Source: the human T2T-CHM13v2.0 reference genome, Homo sapiens. From it: 64,000 nucleotides of DNA. Numbering within the stretch: position 1 is the first letter of the stretch; each line of letters begins with the position of its first letter. The translations under genes and the position numbers were made by a program. The notes under the pieces are model-generated. The model was not told where the DNA came from, did not search any database, and saw only the letters and a list, made by a program, of their open reading frames with translations. Positions 42,201 through 55,788 of this stretch are shown one piece after another. The stretch lies in assembly GCF_009914755.1 (NCBI RefSeq), contig NC_060946.1; one strand, given 5' to 3'.

Positions 42201-44469
42201 TGACAAAAACTACATGATTATCTCAATAGATGCAGAAAAGGCCTTTGACAAAATTCAACAGCCCTTCATGCTAAAAATTCTCAATAAACTGGTATTGATG
42301 GAACGTATCTCAAAATATTAAGTGCTATTTATGGCAAACCCACAGCCAATAACATACTGAATGTGCAAAAACTGGAAGCATTCCCTTTGAAAATCAGCAC
42401 AAGACAAGGATGCCCTCTCTCACTACTCCTATTCCACATAGTGTTGGAAGTTCTGGCCAGGGTAATCAGGCAAGAGAAAGAAATACAGGGTGTTCAATTA
42501 GGAAAAGAAGAAGTCAAATTGTCTCTGTTTGCAGATGACATGATTATATATTTAGAAAACCCCATCGTCTCAGCCCAAAATCTCCTTAAGCTGATAAGCA
42601 ACTTCAGCAAAGTTTCAGGATACAAAATTAATGTGCAAAAATCACAAGCTTTCTTATACACCAATAACAGACAAACAGAGAGCCAAACTATGAGTGAACT
42701 CCCATTCTCCATTGCTACAACAAGAATGAAATACCTAGGAATACAACTTACAAGGATGTGAAGGACCTCTTCAAGGAGAACTATAAACCACTCCTCAAGG
42801 AAACAAGAGAGGACACAAACAAATGGAAAAACATTCCATGCTCATCAATAGGAAGAATCAATATCGTGAAAATGGCCATACTACCCAAAGTAATTTATAG
42901 ATTCACTGCTATCCCCATTAAACTCTATTGACTTTCTCCACAGAATTGGAAAAATATATTTTAAATTCCATATGGAATCAAAAAAGAGCCCGAATAGCCA
43001 AGACAATCCTAAGCAAAAAGAACAAAGCTTCAAGCATCATGCTACCTGACTTCAAACTATACTACAAGGCTATGATAAACAAAAGAGCATGGTACTGGTA
43101 CCAAAACAGATATATAGATCAAAGGAACAGAACCGAACCCTCAGAAATAACACCACATATCTACAACCATCTGATCTTTGACAAACCTGAGAAAAACAAG
43201 CACTGAGGAAAGGATTCCCTATTTAATAAATGATGTTGGGAAAACTGGCTAGCCTTAGGCAGAAAGCTGAAACTGGATCCCTTCCTTACACCTTATATAA
43301 AAATTAACTCAAGATGAATTAAAGACTTAAACCTAATACCTAAAGCCGTAAAAACCCTAGAGGAAAACCTAGGCAATACCATTCAGGACATAGGCATGGG
43401 CAAAGACTTCATGACTAAAACACCAAAAACAATGGCAACAAAAACCAAAATTGACAAATGGGACCTAATTAAACTAAAGAGTTTCTGGACAGCAAAAGAA
43501 ACTATGAGAGTGAAAGGGCAACCTACGAAATGGGAGAAAATTTTTGCAATCTATCCATCTGACAAAGACCTAATATCCAGAATCTACAAAGAACTTAAAC
43601 AAATTTACAAGAAAGAACAATCCCATCAAAAAGTGGGCAAAGGATGTGAACAGACACTTCTTAAAAGAGGACAATTATGCAACCAAGAAACATATGAAAA
43701 AAAGCTCATCATCACTAGTCATTAGAGAAATGCAAATCAAAACCACAATGAGATGCCATCTCATGCCAGTTAGAATGGCAATCATTAAAAAGTCAGGAAA
43801 CAAAAGATACTGGAGAGGATGTGGAGAAATAGGATTGCTTTTACACTGTTGGTGGGAGTGTAAATTAGTTCAACCATTGTGGAAGACAGTGTGGCTATTC
43901 CTCAAGGATCTAGAACTAGAAATGCCATTTGGCCCAGCAATCCCATTACTGGGTATATACCCAAAGGATTATAAATCATTCTACCATAAAGACACATGCA
44001 CACGTATGTTTATTGCAGGACTGTTCACAATAACAAAGACTTAGAACCAACCCAAATGCCCATCAATTATAGACTGGATAAAGAAAATGTGGCACATATA
44101 CACCATGGAATACTATGCAGCCATAAAAAAGGATGAGTTCATGTCCTTTGTAGGGACATGGATGAAGCTGGAAACCTTCATTCTCAGCAAACTAACACAA
44201 GAATAGAAAACAAAACACCACATGTTCTCACTCATAAGTGGGAGTTGAACAACGAGAACACAAGCACACAGGGAGGGGAACATCACACACTGGGGCATGT
44301 TGGGGGTTGGGGGCGGGGGGAGGGATAGCATTAGGACAAATACCTAATATAGGTGATGGGTTGATGGGTGCAGCAAACCACCACAGCACATGTATACCTA
44401 TGTAACAAACCTCAGCATTCTGCACGTGTACCCCACAACTTAAAGTATAATAAAAACGTAGGTTAAAAA
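39204..44469 (+). mobile_element. L1PA7-like LINE-1 with both ends present and a spliced 5'UTR; ORF1 (ATG 39466) and ORF2 disrupted
   Basis: 5' GCAAGATGTCTGAATAGGAACAGCTCCGG; ORF1 and ORF2 peptide matches (LFADDM); 3'UTR with AATAAA; TSD AAAGTATTACAG at 39192-39203 and 44470-44481. Confidence 0.95.
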
Positions 44470-45109
44470 AAAGTATTACAGACACAGTATGATGCAAATC
44501 TTTGACTTGGCTAGCCTCAAGGCTTTTAAAAGTCTAAGATTCCTTAGTAGAAAGTTCCAACAAAGCCAATTTTAAGAAGCCTATATGGTCAATAAATATT
44601 CTTGCTGCACTTTATGCAAATAATCAGACCAGGTATGATAAGACTAAAACTTATTTTGCACAGAAATTTGTCCTACTATGGTTTGTCTTTGGTAAAATGA
44701 TGGACTAGAGAGAGAAAATTCATGTTTCAAATGAAAACTGTGACATATGCTATTAGATTCCAGCCCTGATCATTCTTTTCCGAGTTTTTATTATTTGCCT
44801 ATAATTTGGGCTGAATCCTGAATTATTTCCTGGCTCCAAGTGTTCCCTAGTGAACCCAGATAAAATATATTTTTAAAAAACTTGTTTTATCCTGTCAGTA
44901 ATGAGATGTATTTTTGTAGGACTACTTAAACTAGCAATTACAATTCGATTATTATGATTATAGAATCTCGGGATTTATCTTCCTTCTTGTCAAGGTCTTT
45001 ACCTGATGTTTGTCTCATTAAAAAAAAAAAGAAATCAGACTGATTGCACTCTACTCAAGACTGAAGACATGTACTTTAACCTGTCTCTGTTACCAGTAAA
45101 CCAAAGCCT

Positions 45110-45610
45110 TAAATTTCAGAATCCGTCAGGGACCCTGTGTGGTCCCTGGATCAAGCACACATGGGCTTATGAATGTGTTGACCGCTGGCATATGAGAGGT
45201 AATTGTCTATTAGGTTATGTGGCTCTTCCTCTTCCTATTTATAACTCCAATGTTTCTGAACGCTGAAGTAGTTCATCGAAATTATTTTCCAGGATTAGAC
45301 AAACCGTACCTGCAAACCAAGGAGATGAATTTTGGCCTATGTTTGGCAGAAATCTCTTGCAATGGTGGGGAGTAACCTCTCATGAACGTATAATTAGAAA
45401 TCTGTCAACCACTCTAGGTAACTTAGCAAATGAACTAGCTGAAGCCATAGCTACCAAATAAAGATCTTCAGACTCTGTAGCCAGGATAGTCATGGATGAC
45501 GGAATAACTTTAGGCTACATAGTGGTGAAACAGGGAGAAACTCATATGGCAGCTAGCTAACACTTCATGTTGTGTTTAGATCCATACATCTTCTGAAGTT
45601 GAAACACGTG
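45110..45610 (+). pseudogene. env: ERV env remnant (SU C-terminus plus TM ectodomain)
   Basis: LCG..WAYEC..GNCLLGY; RIRQ at the furin-site position; HERIIRNLS; DSVARIVMDDGITLGYIVVKQG (ISD-like); ANTSCC after a frameshift. Confidence 0.75.
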
Positions 45611-45654
45611 TAAAAAAATAAGACGATATGGGAATTAATTATGACAAATCCTAG

Positions 45655-46183
45655 GGAAGAGGCTGAAAGAGCTGTAACACAAACAGGGCTGAGACATGCC
45701 CCTTGCTCGCCACATTGTGGGCAAAGAGAAGGAAAGAAGAGCTATGGCCCTTTGGGGAGCCCAGACCTGGGAGCTCCCTGAGCCAGAGCTGTGATTCCTT
45801 CTTTGGGGCCTTTGGTTCCTGATATCTCCAAGCTTCTGGGTGCCACTGTGTTCCCAGTGTGCCAGCTGTGGAAGCTTCTTGAGGTGCCCGTGGTCCAGCC
45901 ACAGCCTTGTGGAGAGCTGGCGCCCGTGTTGGCACCTGGAGCTACCTGCTCCACTTCAGCAGCCAGCAAATCTGACTGCACAGTGGCCAGACCCCATGCT
46001 CACTCACACACCCCTTGCCACTCCATGCAGTCTCCCTTGGCAGGCATGGGATCCAACGTGGTAGCATGAGCAGAGCACAGCCTGCCAGGCTGAGTGTGCG
46101 GGGCCCAGCAAAACTCAGGCAAAGGTGCCACCAGTCATAGAGGTTTCTGTCCAGAAAAGTAACACCCCAAAGATCCCATAACA
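45655..46183 (+). mobile_element. MER52 LTR, 3' portion
   Basis: CTGAAAGAGCTGTAACACAAACAGGGCTGA...GATCCCATAACA. Confidence 0.85.
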
Positions 46184-46853
46184 CCGCTACTCTTCCCAGC
46201 CTCTGGAAACTCTCAGTCTACTCTCTATCTTGATGAGTTCAATTGTTTTAATTTTTAGCTCCCACAAATGAGTGAGAACATGCGAAGTCTGTCTTTCTGT
46301 GCCTGGCTCATTGTACTTAACATAATTGTCCTCTAGTTCCATCCATGTTGTTGCAAATGACAGAATCTTATTCTTTTTCATGGCCGAAGAGTACTCCATT
46401 GTGTATATGTACTACATTTTCTTTATCCCTTCATCTGTTGATGCACACTTAGGTTGTTTCCAAATCTTGGCTATTATGAATAGTGCTGAAATAAATATGG
46501 GAATGCAGATATCTCTTTGATATACTAATTTTCCCTCTCTTGGGTATATACCCAGCAGTGGGATTGCTGGATCATATGATAGTTCTATTTTTAATTTTTT
46601 GAGGGACCTCCATATTGTTCTCCATAGTGAATATATTAATTTACATTCCCACCAACAGAGTAAGAGTGTTCCCTTTTCCCCAAATTCTTGAAAGCATTTG
46701 TTATTGCCTGTCTTTTGCATAAAAGCCATTTTAATGGGGTAAGATGATATATTTTTGTTGTTTTGATTTCAATTTCTGTCATGATCAATGATATTGAGCA
46801 TCTTTTCATATACCTATTTGACATTTATATATGTTCTTTTTTGTTTTTGCTCA

Positions 46854-47126
46854 TTTTTTGAGACAGGGTCTCACTCTGTCACCCAGGCTGGAGTGCAGTG
46901 GTATGATCATGGCTTAATGTAGTGTTGACTGCCAGGGTTCAAGCAATCCTCCCACCTCAGCCTCCTGAGTAGCTGGGACCACAGTCATGCATCACCATGC
47001 CCAGGTAGTTTTTAAAATTATTTGCTATGTTGTTCAGGTTGGTCTTGAACTCCTGGGCTCAAGTGGCCCACCCGTCTTGGCTCCCCAAAGTTCTGGAATT
47101 ACATGTGTCAGCCACTGCGCCTGACC
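46854..47126 (-). mobile_element. AluJ
   Basis: Antisense Alu, AGCAATCCTCCCACCTCAGCC. Confidence 0.9.
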
Positions 47127-47552
47127 TGTGTGCCTTCTTTTGAGAACTGTCTGTTCAGATCTTTTGCCTATTTAAATAATTGGATTGTTAGTTTTTTTCT
47201 TGTAGAGTTGTTTGAGCTCCTTATATATTCTGGTTATTAATCCCTTGTCAGTTATATAGTTTGCAAATATTTTCTTCCATTCTGTGGATTGTCTTTTCAC
47301 TTTGTCCATTGTTTTCTTTACTGTGCAGAAACTTTTGAACTTGATGTGATACCACTTGTTCATTTTTGCTTTGGTTGCCTGAGCTTTTGGAGTATTACTC
47401 AAGAAATCTGTGCCAAGACCAATTTCCTGGAGAGTTTCCCTAATGTTTTCTTTCAGTAGTTTCGTGTCTTTGATTTAAGTCTTTAACCCATTTGGATTTG
47501 ATTTTTGTATATAGTGCAAGAGAGGGTTCTAGTTTAACTATTCTGCCAATGA

Positions 47553-47815
47553 CTTTGGGAGGCCAAGGTGGGCGGATCATGGGGGCAGGAGATCGAGACC
47601 ATCCTGGCTAACACGGTGAAACTCCGTCACTACTAAAAGTACAAAAAAAAAATTAGCCAGGCGTGGTGGTGGGCACCTGTACTCCCAGCTACTTGGGAGG
47701 CTGAGGAGGAGAATGGTGTGAACCCGGGAGGTGGAGCTTGCAGTGAGCCCAGATCGCGCCACTGCACTCCAGCCTGAGCAACAGAGCTAGACTCCATCTC
47801 AAAAAAAAAAAAAAA
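47553..47815 (+). mobile_element. AluY, slightly 5'-truncated
   Basis: AluY diagnostics; TSD TCTGCCAATGA. Confidence 0.94.
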
Positions 47816-49094
47816 TCTGCCAATGAATATCTAGTTTTCCCAGCACAATTTGTTGAAGAGACTGTCCTCTCCCCCATGTATATTCTTGGCACCTTCATTG
47901 AAAATGAGTTAATTGTAAATGTATGGATTTATTTCTGGGTTCTCTATTCTGTTCCATTGGTCTATGTGTCTGTTTTATGCCAGTACCATGCTGTTTTGTT
48001 TATAATTGCTCTGTACTATAATTTAAAGTCAGGTGATGTGATTCTTCCAGTTTTGTTCTTTTTGCTCAGGATGGCTTTTGGTATTCTGGGTCTTTTATGG
48101 TTTCATGTAAATTTTAGGATTTTTTTTCTATTTCTGTGAAGAAAGTTATTAGTATTTCAATAGGGATTGCATTGAATCTGTAGATTGCTTTGTGAAGTAT
48201 GGGTATTTTAACAATATTTACTCTTCCAATAAATGAACATGGACTATCTTTCCATTTTTTTTTTTGGTGTCCTCTTTAATTTTTTTGCATCTATGTTTTA
48301 TAGTTTTCATTGTAGAGATCTTTCACTTCTTCTGTTATGTTTATTCCCAGTTATTTTATTTTATTTGTAGCTATTGTAAATGGGATTACATTCTTGATTT
48401 TCTTCTTTAGATTGTTCATTTTTGTCATTTAGAAATGCTACTGACTTTTGTAGTTTGATTTTGTATGCTGTGACTCTGAATTTGTTGATCAGTTCTAATA
48501 GTTTTTTGGTGGAGTCCTTAGGTTTTTCCAAATATAAGAGCTAATCATCTGCAAACAAGAAACAGTAATAATTTTACTTCTTTCCAATTTGGATCCCTTT
48601 TATTGTTTTTCTCTTGTCTGAATTGCTCTAGCTAGGACTTCCAGTACTATGTTGAGTAACAGTGTTGGAAGTGGACATTCTTGTCTTGTTCCAGATCTTA
48701 GAAGAAAGGCTTTCAGCTTTTCCCTGTCCAGGATGATACTGGCTGTGGGTCTGTTGCATATGGTTTTCATTGTGTTGTGGTATGTTCCTTCTATATCTAG
48801 TTTTTTTTGAGGGTTTCTTTTTATCACAGGGATGTTGAATTTTATTAAATGCTTTTCAGCATCAATTGAAATTATCATATGGTTTTTGTCCTTCATTCTG
48901 TTGATATGATGTGTCACATTGATTGATTTGCATACATTGAACCATGTTGGCATCCTTGGGATAAATCCCACTTAGACATGATGAATGGTCTTTTTCATAG
49001 GATGAGTTTGGAAATACTACAGCCTTCTCTGTTTTTTTGGAATAGTTTGAGTAGGATTGATAGTAATTCTGCCTTCAATGTTTGGTAAAATTAA

Positions 49095-49482
<388 letters not shown>

Positions 49483-49847
49483 ATTTCTTCCAGGTTTTTC
49501 AATTTATTGGAATATAGTTGGTCATAATAGTTTCTAATGATTCTTTGAATTTCCACAGCATCAGTTATAGTGTCTCCTTTTTAATCTCTGGTTTTATGTA
49601 TTTGAATCTTCTCTCTTTTTTCTTAGTCTGGTTAAGTGTTTGTTGATTTTGTTGGTCTTTTAAAAATATTAACTTTTCATTTCATTGATATTTTATATTT
49701 TTAAATTTCAATTTCATTTATTTCTGCTCCGATCTTTGCTATGTTTCCTTCTACTAATTTTGGTTTTGGCTTGCTCTTGCTTTTCTAATTATTTAAGATG
49801 CATTATTAGGTTGTTTATTTGAAGCTTTTCTACTTTTTTTGATGTAG

Positions 49848-50244
<397 letters not shown>

Positions 50245-50269
50245 AGTGGTAGCTGGGACAAGTTGGCAA

Positions 50270-50510
50270 TGTAAATAAATAAACAACATCTAGATTGGAA
50301 AGGAAGAAGTACAGTTATCTTTATGTACAGATGACATGATCTTGCATTTAGAAAATCGTAAGAAATTTACTAAAAAGTATTAGGACTCATGAACAAACTT
50401 AAGAATGTAACACTATATAAGATTGGTATACAAAAATAACTGTATTTCTTTACCAATAAATCAAGAATCCAAAAATGGAATTAAAAAAATAAATCTTGTT
50501 ACAATAGAAT
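50270..50510 (+). mobile_element. L1M ORF2 fragment
   Basis: GATTGGAAAGGAAGAAGTA...ACAGATGACATGATC. Confidence 0.7.
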
Positions 50511-51097
50511 TAAAGCTGGGGAAGCTTAAACTTGAACACTAAAAACTACAATACATGGTTAGCGTTGGAAACACCCAGATACCATCCCTGAGCCTTCTCT
50601 CCTTGGCTCTGAGGGCTTTACCTTCACGGGGTGAGGAAAGGGGTTGCATTCTTGGCTTTTACATTATATTAGGTGGGTTCGGGTTGAGGTATCTGCAATT
50701 CAAATGAGTATTACAATCTCTACTTTTATGGATAAGAGACTGAGGCCCACCAAGAGAGGGAATGACAGTCCATATCCTGGAAGGCGAATTGTCAGGCACT
50801 GATTTCCGCTATTTAACCCCTGCCAATCATCATGTATTTAAAGGATCCCCAGATACCATACCAATAGGTGTTCAAGAGAGAGGCCTGTAATCTAGGCGTC
50901 TGAGAAAACAAGGCTAGAGATTCCAATATTGGAGACAACAGGGCTCTGGGAAGATTAAGGTTGAGTTTTCTGGATCTGCAGAATAGAGTCACTGAGGACC
51001 AATTGCAAGATCAGAGGAGATGAAAGAACAAGTCAGGGCATGCTTAGGAAAAGAGAATACCAGGGATAGGTTTTAGGCAAGAGTCACACTGAGGAAG

Positions 51098-51440
51098 GGC
51101 AGGTTCTTGGCGTCGTTTAGGAAGAAATCCAAAAGCAAGCCTGTGGTGGAAGAAAGCAGCTCTACGGAGGCATTGGCGGTGTTACAGCACTGCGTCCACT
51201 CCGGCAGGGCAGGGAGCCCTCCGTGGGTTGTGCTCCCAGAGCAGCAGCCTAGGGGTGGCTTGTAGTCATTTTTATAATTCACTTTTAATGGCATGCTAAT
51301 TAAGGGGCGGGTTATTCAGAAATAGCTAGAAATGGGCAGTAACTTCCATCTGTTTCCATGGCAAGGGGTGGGGACTTCTCGTGATGACATGGCATTGGCA
51401 AACTGTCATGGCACTGGTGGGAGCGTCTTCTGGTGATCTG
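51098..51440 (-). mobile_element. MER50-like LTR fragment
   Basis: CAGGTTCTTGGC, GTGTTACAGC, ATTAAGGGGCGG, CCATGGCAAGGGG. Confidence 0.7.
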
Positions 51441-52053
51441 AGGCGTGAGGTGCTTTCGCTGCCTCTCCCAGGTTCCTGCGTGCCTCTTACCTGAAAGCCC
51501 ATCACACCCCCATCTGCCCACCTACAAACGTCACTGCCCTTTCACCCCATCCCCGTTTCACACGCACTCCCACATCAACCCTGAGCATTCAAGCCTGCGT
51601 TTCCCTGTTAGGAACCTCGGTGGTAGCCGGAGCTCTGAGAAACCCCTAGGCAGAACTCCTTGCCTAGTTTGTGGCAGACATCAGGGAAGGAAAGGCAAAT
51701 TTCAGGTCTTTCTCACAATAAATAAATAAAGATAGGTAGATTTGATTGATGGATGGATGGATGAAACCTGGGAGTCTACGGGCAAATATTTATCAGACAC
51801 TGGAAGTGTAAGTTGTCACAAAGATTATGGAGTGCACCTGTCTTATGACCCTGTTATTTTATCCTAGTATGTGCACTAGAGCATATTTTCTAACAGTGTA
51901 AATTGAAGGCTCACAAATTAGTTTAGTGAGAGAAAAGATAACGGATTGGAAGAGAATTACCATATTCATTAGTTGTGTTTTAAAATTTTTAAAGTAAAAT
52001 AGAGACATTATTTTTTTCATGCTTTCGAATGCATCTATAAAAAATAGACTTGA

Positions 52054-52415
<362 letters not shown>

Positions 52416-52594
52416 TTATTTTCACAATGTCCCAGGCTGTGAAACCAGGATTTAATAAAGAACCAGAATGCCACATCTGTGTCACCTGGGTAGGGACCAG
52501 TCCTGATCCATTAAGTCCGGGTCTCTGGGTAACTGGACTCAACTGCTGGGCAAAACAGAATGTCCGGCTTGGGTTCCTAACGGGGTACCGCAAA

Positions 52595-53160
52595 GCCTCA
52601 TGGGAATTGTAGTGTCACCTTCCAATGATGTTACCATCAAGGACCTTGGGAACCAGCTTTTCTCTCTGCGCTTGCGCCGCCCGGCCCACTCCGCCATTTT
52701 CCTCCGGAAGTGCGGCACCCAGAGGCGGTCCTGTAGCCGGGCCGGCTTGGGGCTTGGTTCTATGTCCCTGCGGGTCGGTGCAAGGGCGAAGAGGAACCCG
52801 TGGGCCTCAGGGGATCCCGGGGGGCCGGACCAGTGTTCCCTAGTTGTGGGAGCAGACGCGTGGGCACATTGCGGGCGGGCAGGGCCTGAAGTGCAGGTGC
52901 GGGCAGTGGACCCTGGCGGGGGCTGGGAGGACAGGCGTGGGGTCCCGGCAGTGAAACGGGTTCTAGAGGCGCAGGAGCAGGTAGGAGAGGCCGGTGGCCC
53001 TGGGCCCGGAGTCTGCAGGCCGCGCTCCTGTCCTGCCGCTGAGGGACCCGGTTACCAACCTGCATGACGCTCAGTTTGCCCATCTGTCCCAGTGGTAACA
53101 CACAGTTCTCGGGAGACGTTCCCCATTCCCAGAGGAGTAGTGTGAAACGCGTGCGCCTCT
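52595..53160 (+). promoter_or_regulatory. CpG-island Pol II promoter and first exon
   Basis: Only non-repeat CpG-rich tract in the window; TGGGAATTGTAGT (ZNF143 SBS, 52601-52613), TGCGCTTGCGC (NRF1-like, 52667), CCGCCATTTT (YY1, 52691), CCGGAAGTG (ETS, 52704); donors CAG|GTGCGG after 52896 and CAG|GTAGGA after 52980. Confidence 0.85.
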
Positions 53161-53929
53161 AGTCTTAAACTTGGCGTTTGTATTAGTTGGGTTTCCTGGT
53201 GTCTCTTTAGCAAGTGAAGTTTCTGGTTCCCTCCTTCACTGTGTGACCTGCCTAGTCCTCCTGGGTCGCATTTACAGAAGTTTATAGGAGACCTAGTTTC
53301 CAGGGAAGAACTCACTGATTCCGCGAGGGAGATGGCTTAATGGATGATGGTCGTCAGCCTTAAGGATACTTCAGTCTTAACTGTGTGTTACAAAGTTTGA
53401 AAGGGAGGGTTCCCTATGAATAAGAAGCACACTTGAAAGAACAGCCATCTGGTCTAACCTCTCACTGGTGCTTCAGAGGAGGAAAAAAGGTCACAGGTGA
53501 AGATCCCAGTTTTCCTTGCTCAGGAAATATTAATTCTACTCCCTAGAATGCACAAGATTTGCAAAGACTAGGTGATAGTAGAAGGTTTGGACGAACTTTC
53601 AGAAGGTTGAGGTGAATTCAGCTAAGAAGAACAGGCAAGGACTTAGGAAATATTCCTTATTTGAAGGGGCCTGAAAGTGTGGTCTGGGGTACAGCAGTGA
53701 CCTGTCATACTTGAGAGGATTAAAATACTCTCCAAACACAGTCCCATTCCTTCAACCTTAGCTCGTTTTTTCCAGCGTCTGAGATATATTAAACCTAGTC
53801 CATCCCCAAATTTAACATTAGATTGCGAAGTTCTATTGATTGTATTTGATTTGTAATTTAAGATTTTCTCCCCCTACGTAATTTTGTTAAAAACACAGAA
53901 GTGAATTCTGTTCACTTAGGTGTAACAGT

Positions 53930-54330
53930 TAATACTTGCTGTTTAAGGAACTAATTAAACCTTACTGGCTTATAAAAAACAACCACCATTTTATTTGTTT
54001 GAAGTTCTGTGGATCTGCACTTTGGTGTGGTGGGTTCAGCTGGGTAGTTAATATATTTGTGTTGCCTGGATCACAAAAAGGCCTCAGTCACCTGGTGCCT
54101 TGACTGAGCCTGGTTGGTTTAAGATAGTTTCCTTCACAATCTGGTGGTTTGTGGTGACTCTTGGCTAGGCCCTGTGTCTCCAACAGGGTAGCTCCAGACC
54201 TCTTCACAATTTCCCCCAAAAAGGAAAGAACCAATGGATATTTGCATCACATTTTCCATTTTCCATTCACTGGACAAGTCAGATGGAAAAGCCCAATTTA
54301 TTGTCAGAGCATAATATGAGGGCTTGGATA
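53930..54330 (-). mobile_element. MLT1 (MaLR) LTR fragment
   Basis: GGCTTATAAAAAACAACCACCATTTTATT...TTCTGTGG...TTCAGCTGGG. Confidence 0.55.
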
Positions 54331-54802
54331 GAAGGAAAGGTGTTATTGGGAAACATGAGTAGAATGGTGTACTGCAGGAAATACATATTATGTACATTTT
54401 AAAAAACGTAATTGTAGGCCAAAATTGCTGGTTTGCAAGATGCACTTTCCATGATGTTCAGGTATAGAAAAGCAAGATGTACTGTCATGGGAACACTCAT
54501 ATGAAGTTATTTGTGGAATCTACATATTAATAGGAAAATAGTTAATACAGCCCAGTATATTTCTATAACATTTATTTTAGTGAACTTATAATGTTTCTTT
54601 GTATTAAATTATTAGATTATATCTTTAGATAATATTGTTACTAAATTAGTAGGTAATATATATTTTTATTCAAAAATAAATTGTGCATCTAATGTCTACC
54701 AATTAATGTACTTGTAGATGTATCTTATCTTAACTTGAGTCTTTGCTGCCCCTAATGAGGTGTGAAGGACTCTTCTCCCCTGGGGAAGTTTTTCTTTTTC
54801 AG

Positions 54803-54971
54803 GAGGGAGGAGGGCTTTCCCAGGTAATGTGTCTAGAGTGTTGGGCAGAAGAATCTGGGACCACACCACACCAGTTCTCTCCTTAATCCACGTCATTTGC
54901 CTTCTATCTCAGCTATGTTTCCAGTGTCCTCTGGGTGTTTCCAAGAGCAACAAGAAACGAATAAATCTCTG
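54803..54971 (+). ncRNA. Candidate internal exon of a non-coding or pseudogene transcript
   Basis: Branch-like CCTAAT (54751), TTTTTCTTTTTCAG acceptor, CTG|GTGAGT consensus donor; 169 bp. Confidence 0.55.
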
Positions 54972-55364
54972 GTGAGTTGTTTATTTGTTCTTCACTTTGT
55001 TTTACACTGTATTTTCTGAGTTTATGGGTGTCTGTGAATTAAAAAGGAAAAGTAGAAATAAGTAAAACTCAGGTTGAAGGAAATATACATAAATAAGATA
55101 AAGCTGACCTGTAGATATAGGCAGGTTATAAGAGCTTAGAGTTGTCTAAGTTGAGTGCAAATTTTCCTCTGATCTTTCTGATGCCGAGACAAAAAAGGCA
55201 GTCATGTTTGTTATGTGATTGGAATGGAACCCGAGAAGAGAGCATGCTGTGTTCTTGTGGGACAGGAAAGCTTGCGTGCACCAAGTCTGAACCACCACCT
55301 TCATTGGTGACATAGATTATGTGCTGGAACATATTTCACACCGGCCTGGCAGTAAACACTTGTA

Positions 55365-55448
55365 GTGTTGTGCAGTGGAAACGGTCATCTTCCGCTAAAG
55401 CATGGCGTGTTGTGCAGCGGAAATGGTCATCTGCTGCTAAAGCACAGC
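55365..55448. repeat. Two-copy 42-bp tandem duplication
   Basis: GTGTTGTGCAG(T/C)GGAAA(C/T)GGTCATCT...GCTAAAGCA x2. Confidence 0.9.
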
Positions 55449-55788
55449 TTCCATCGTAATGTATGCTCCTTGCTCAAAGAGTGTGGTCCCAAACAGCCTT
55501 TGGGAGGTCCTCCTTGATTCATGGATGAAACCTGGAACATCTTGAGGACTGAGTTAACCATAGGTCCTTAAATAACTCTCCACACGTTTTTCTTAGTTTA
55601 TCTCTACATGCAGGGTGTGCAGCAGCCTGTTCAAAGTCATATTTTCTGGGAAATATTTCCAGTGTTTATTTGCACTTTAGCCCACTCGGTGTAGCCTTAT
55701 TTCTTCTAAACTCACCATTAACCTGAATAATAGTCAAATTTAGGGGGACTGTATTTGCCTTACTCGAGTCTTCTACCATAGTTGAAAC

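Noticed and set aside
52600-53101. 155-aa and 113-aa ORFs over the CpG island
   Set aside because: GC-rich sequence is poor in stop codons; the ORFs overlap promoter motifs and have no recognisable homology
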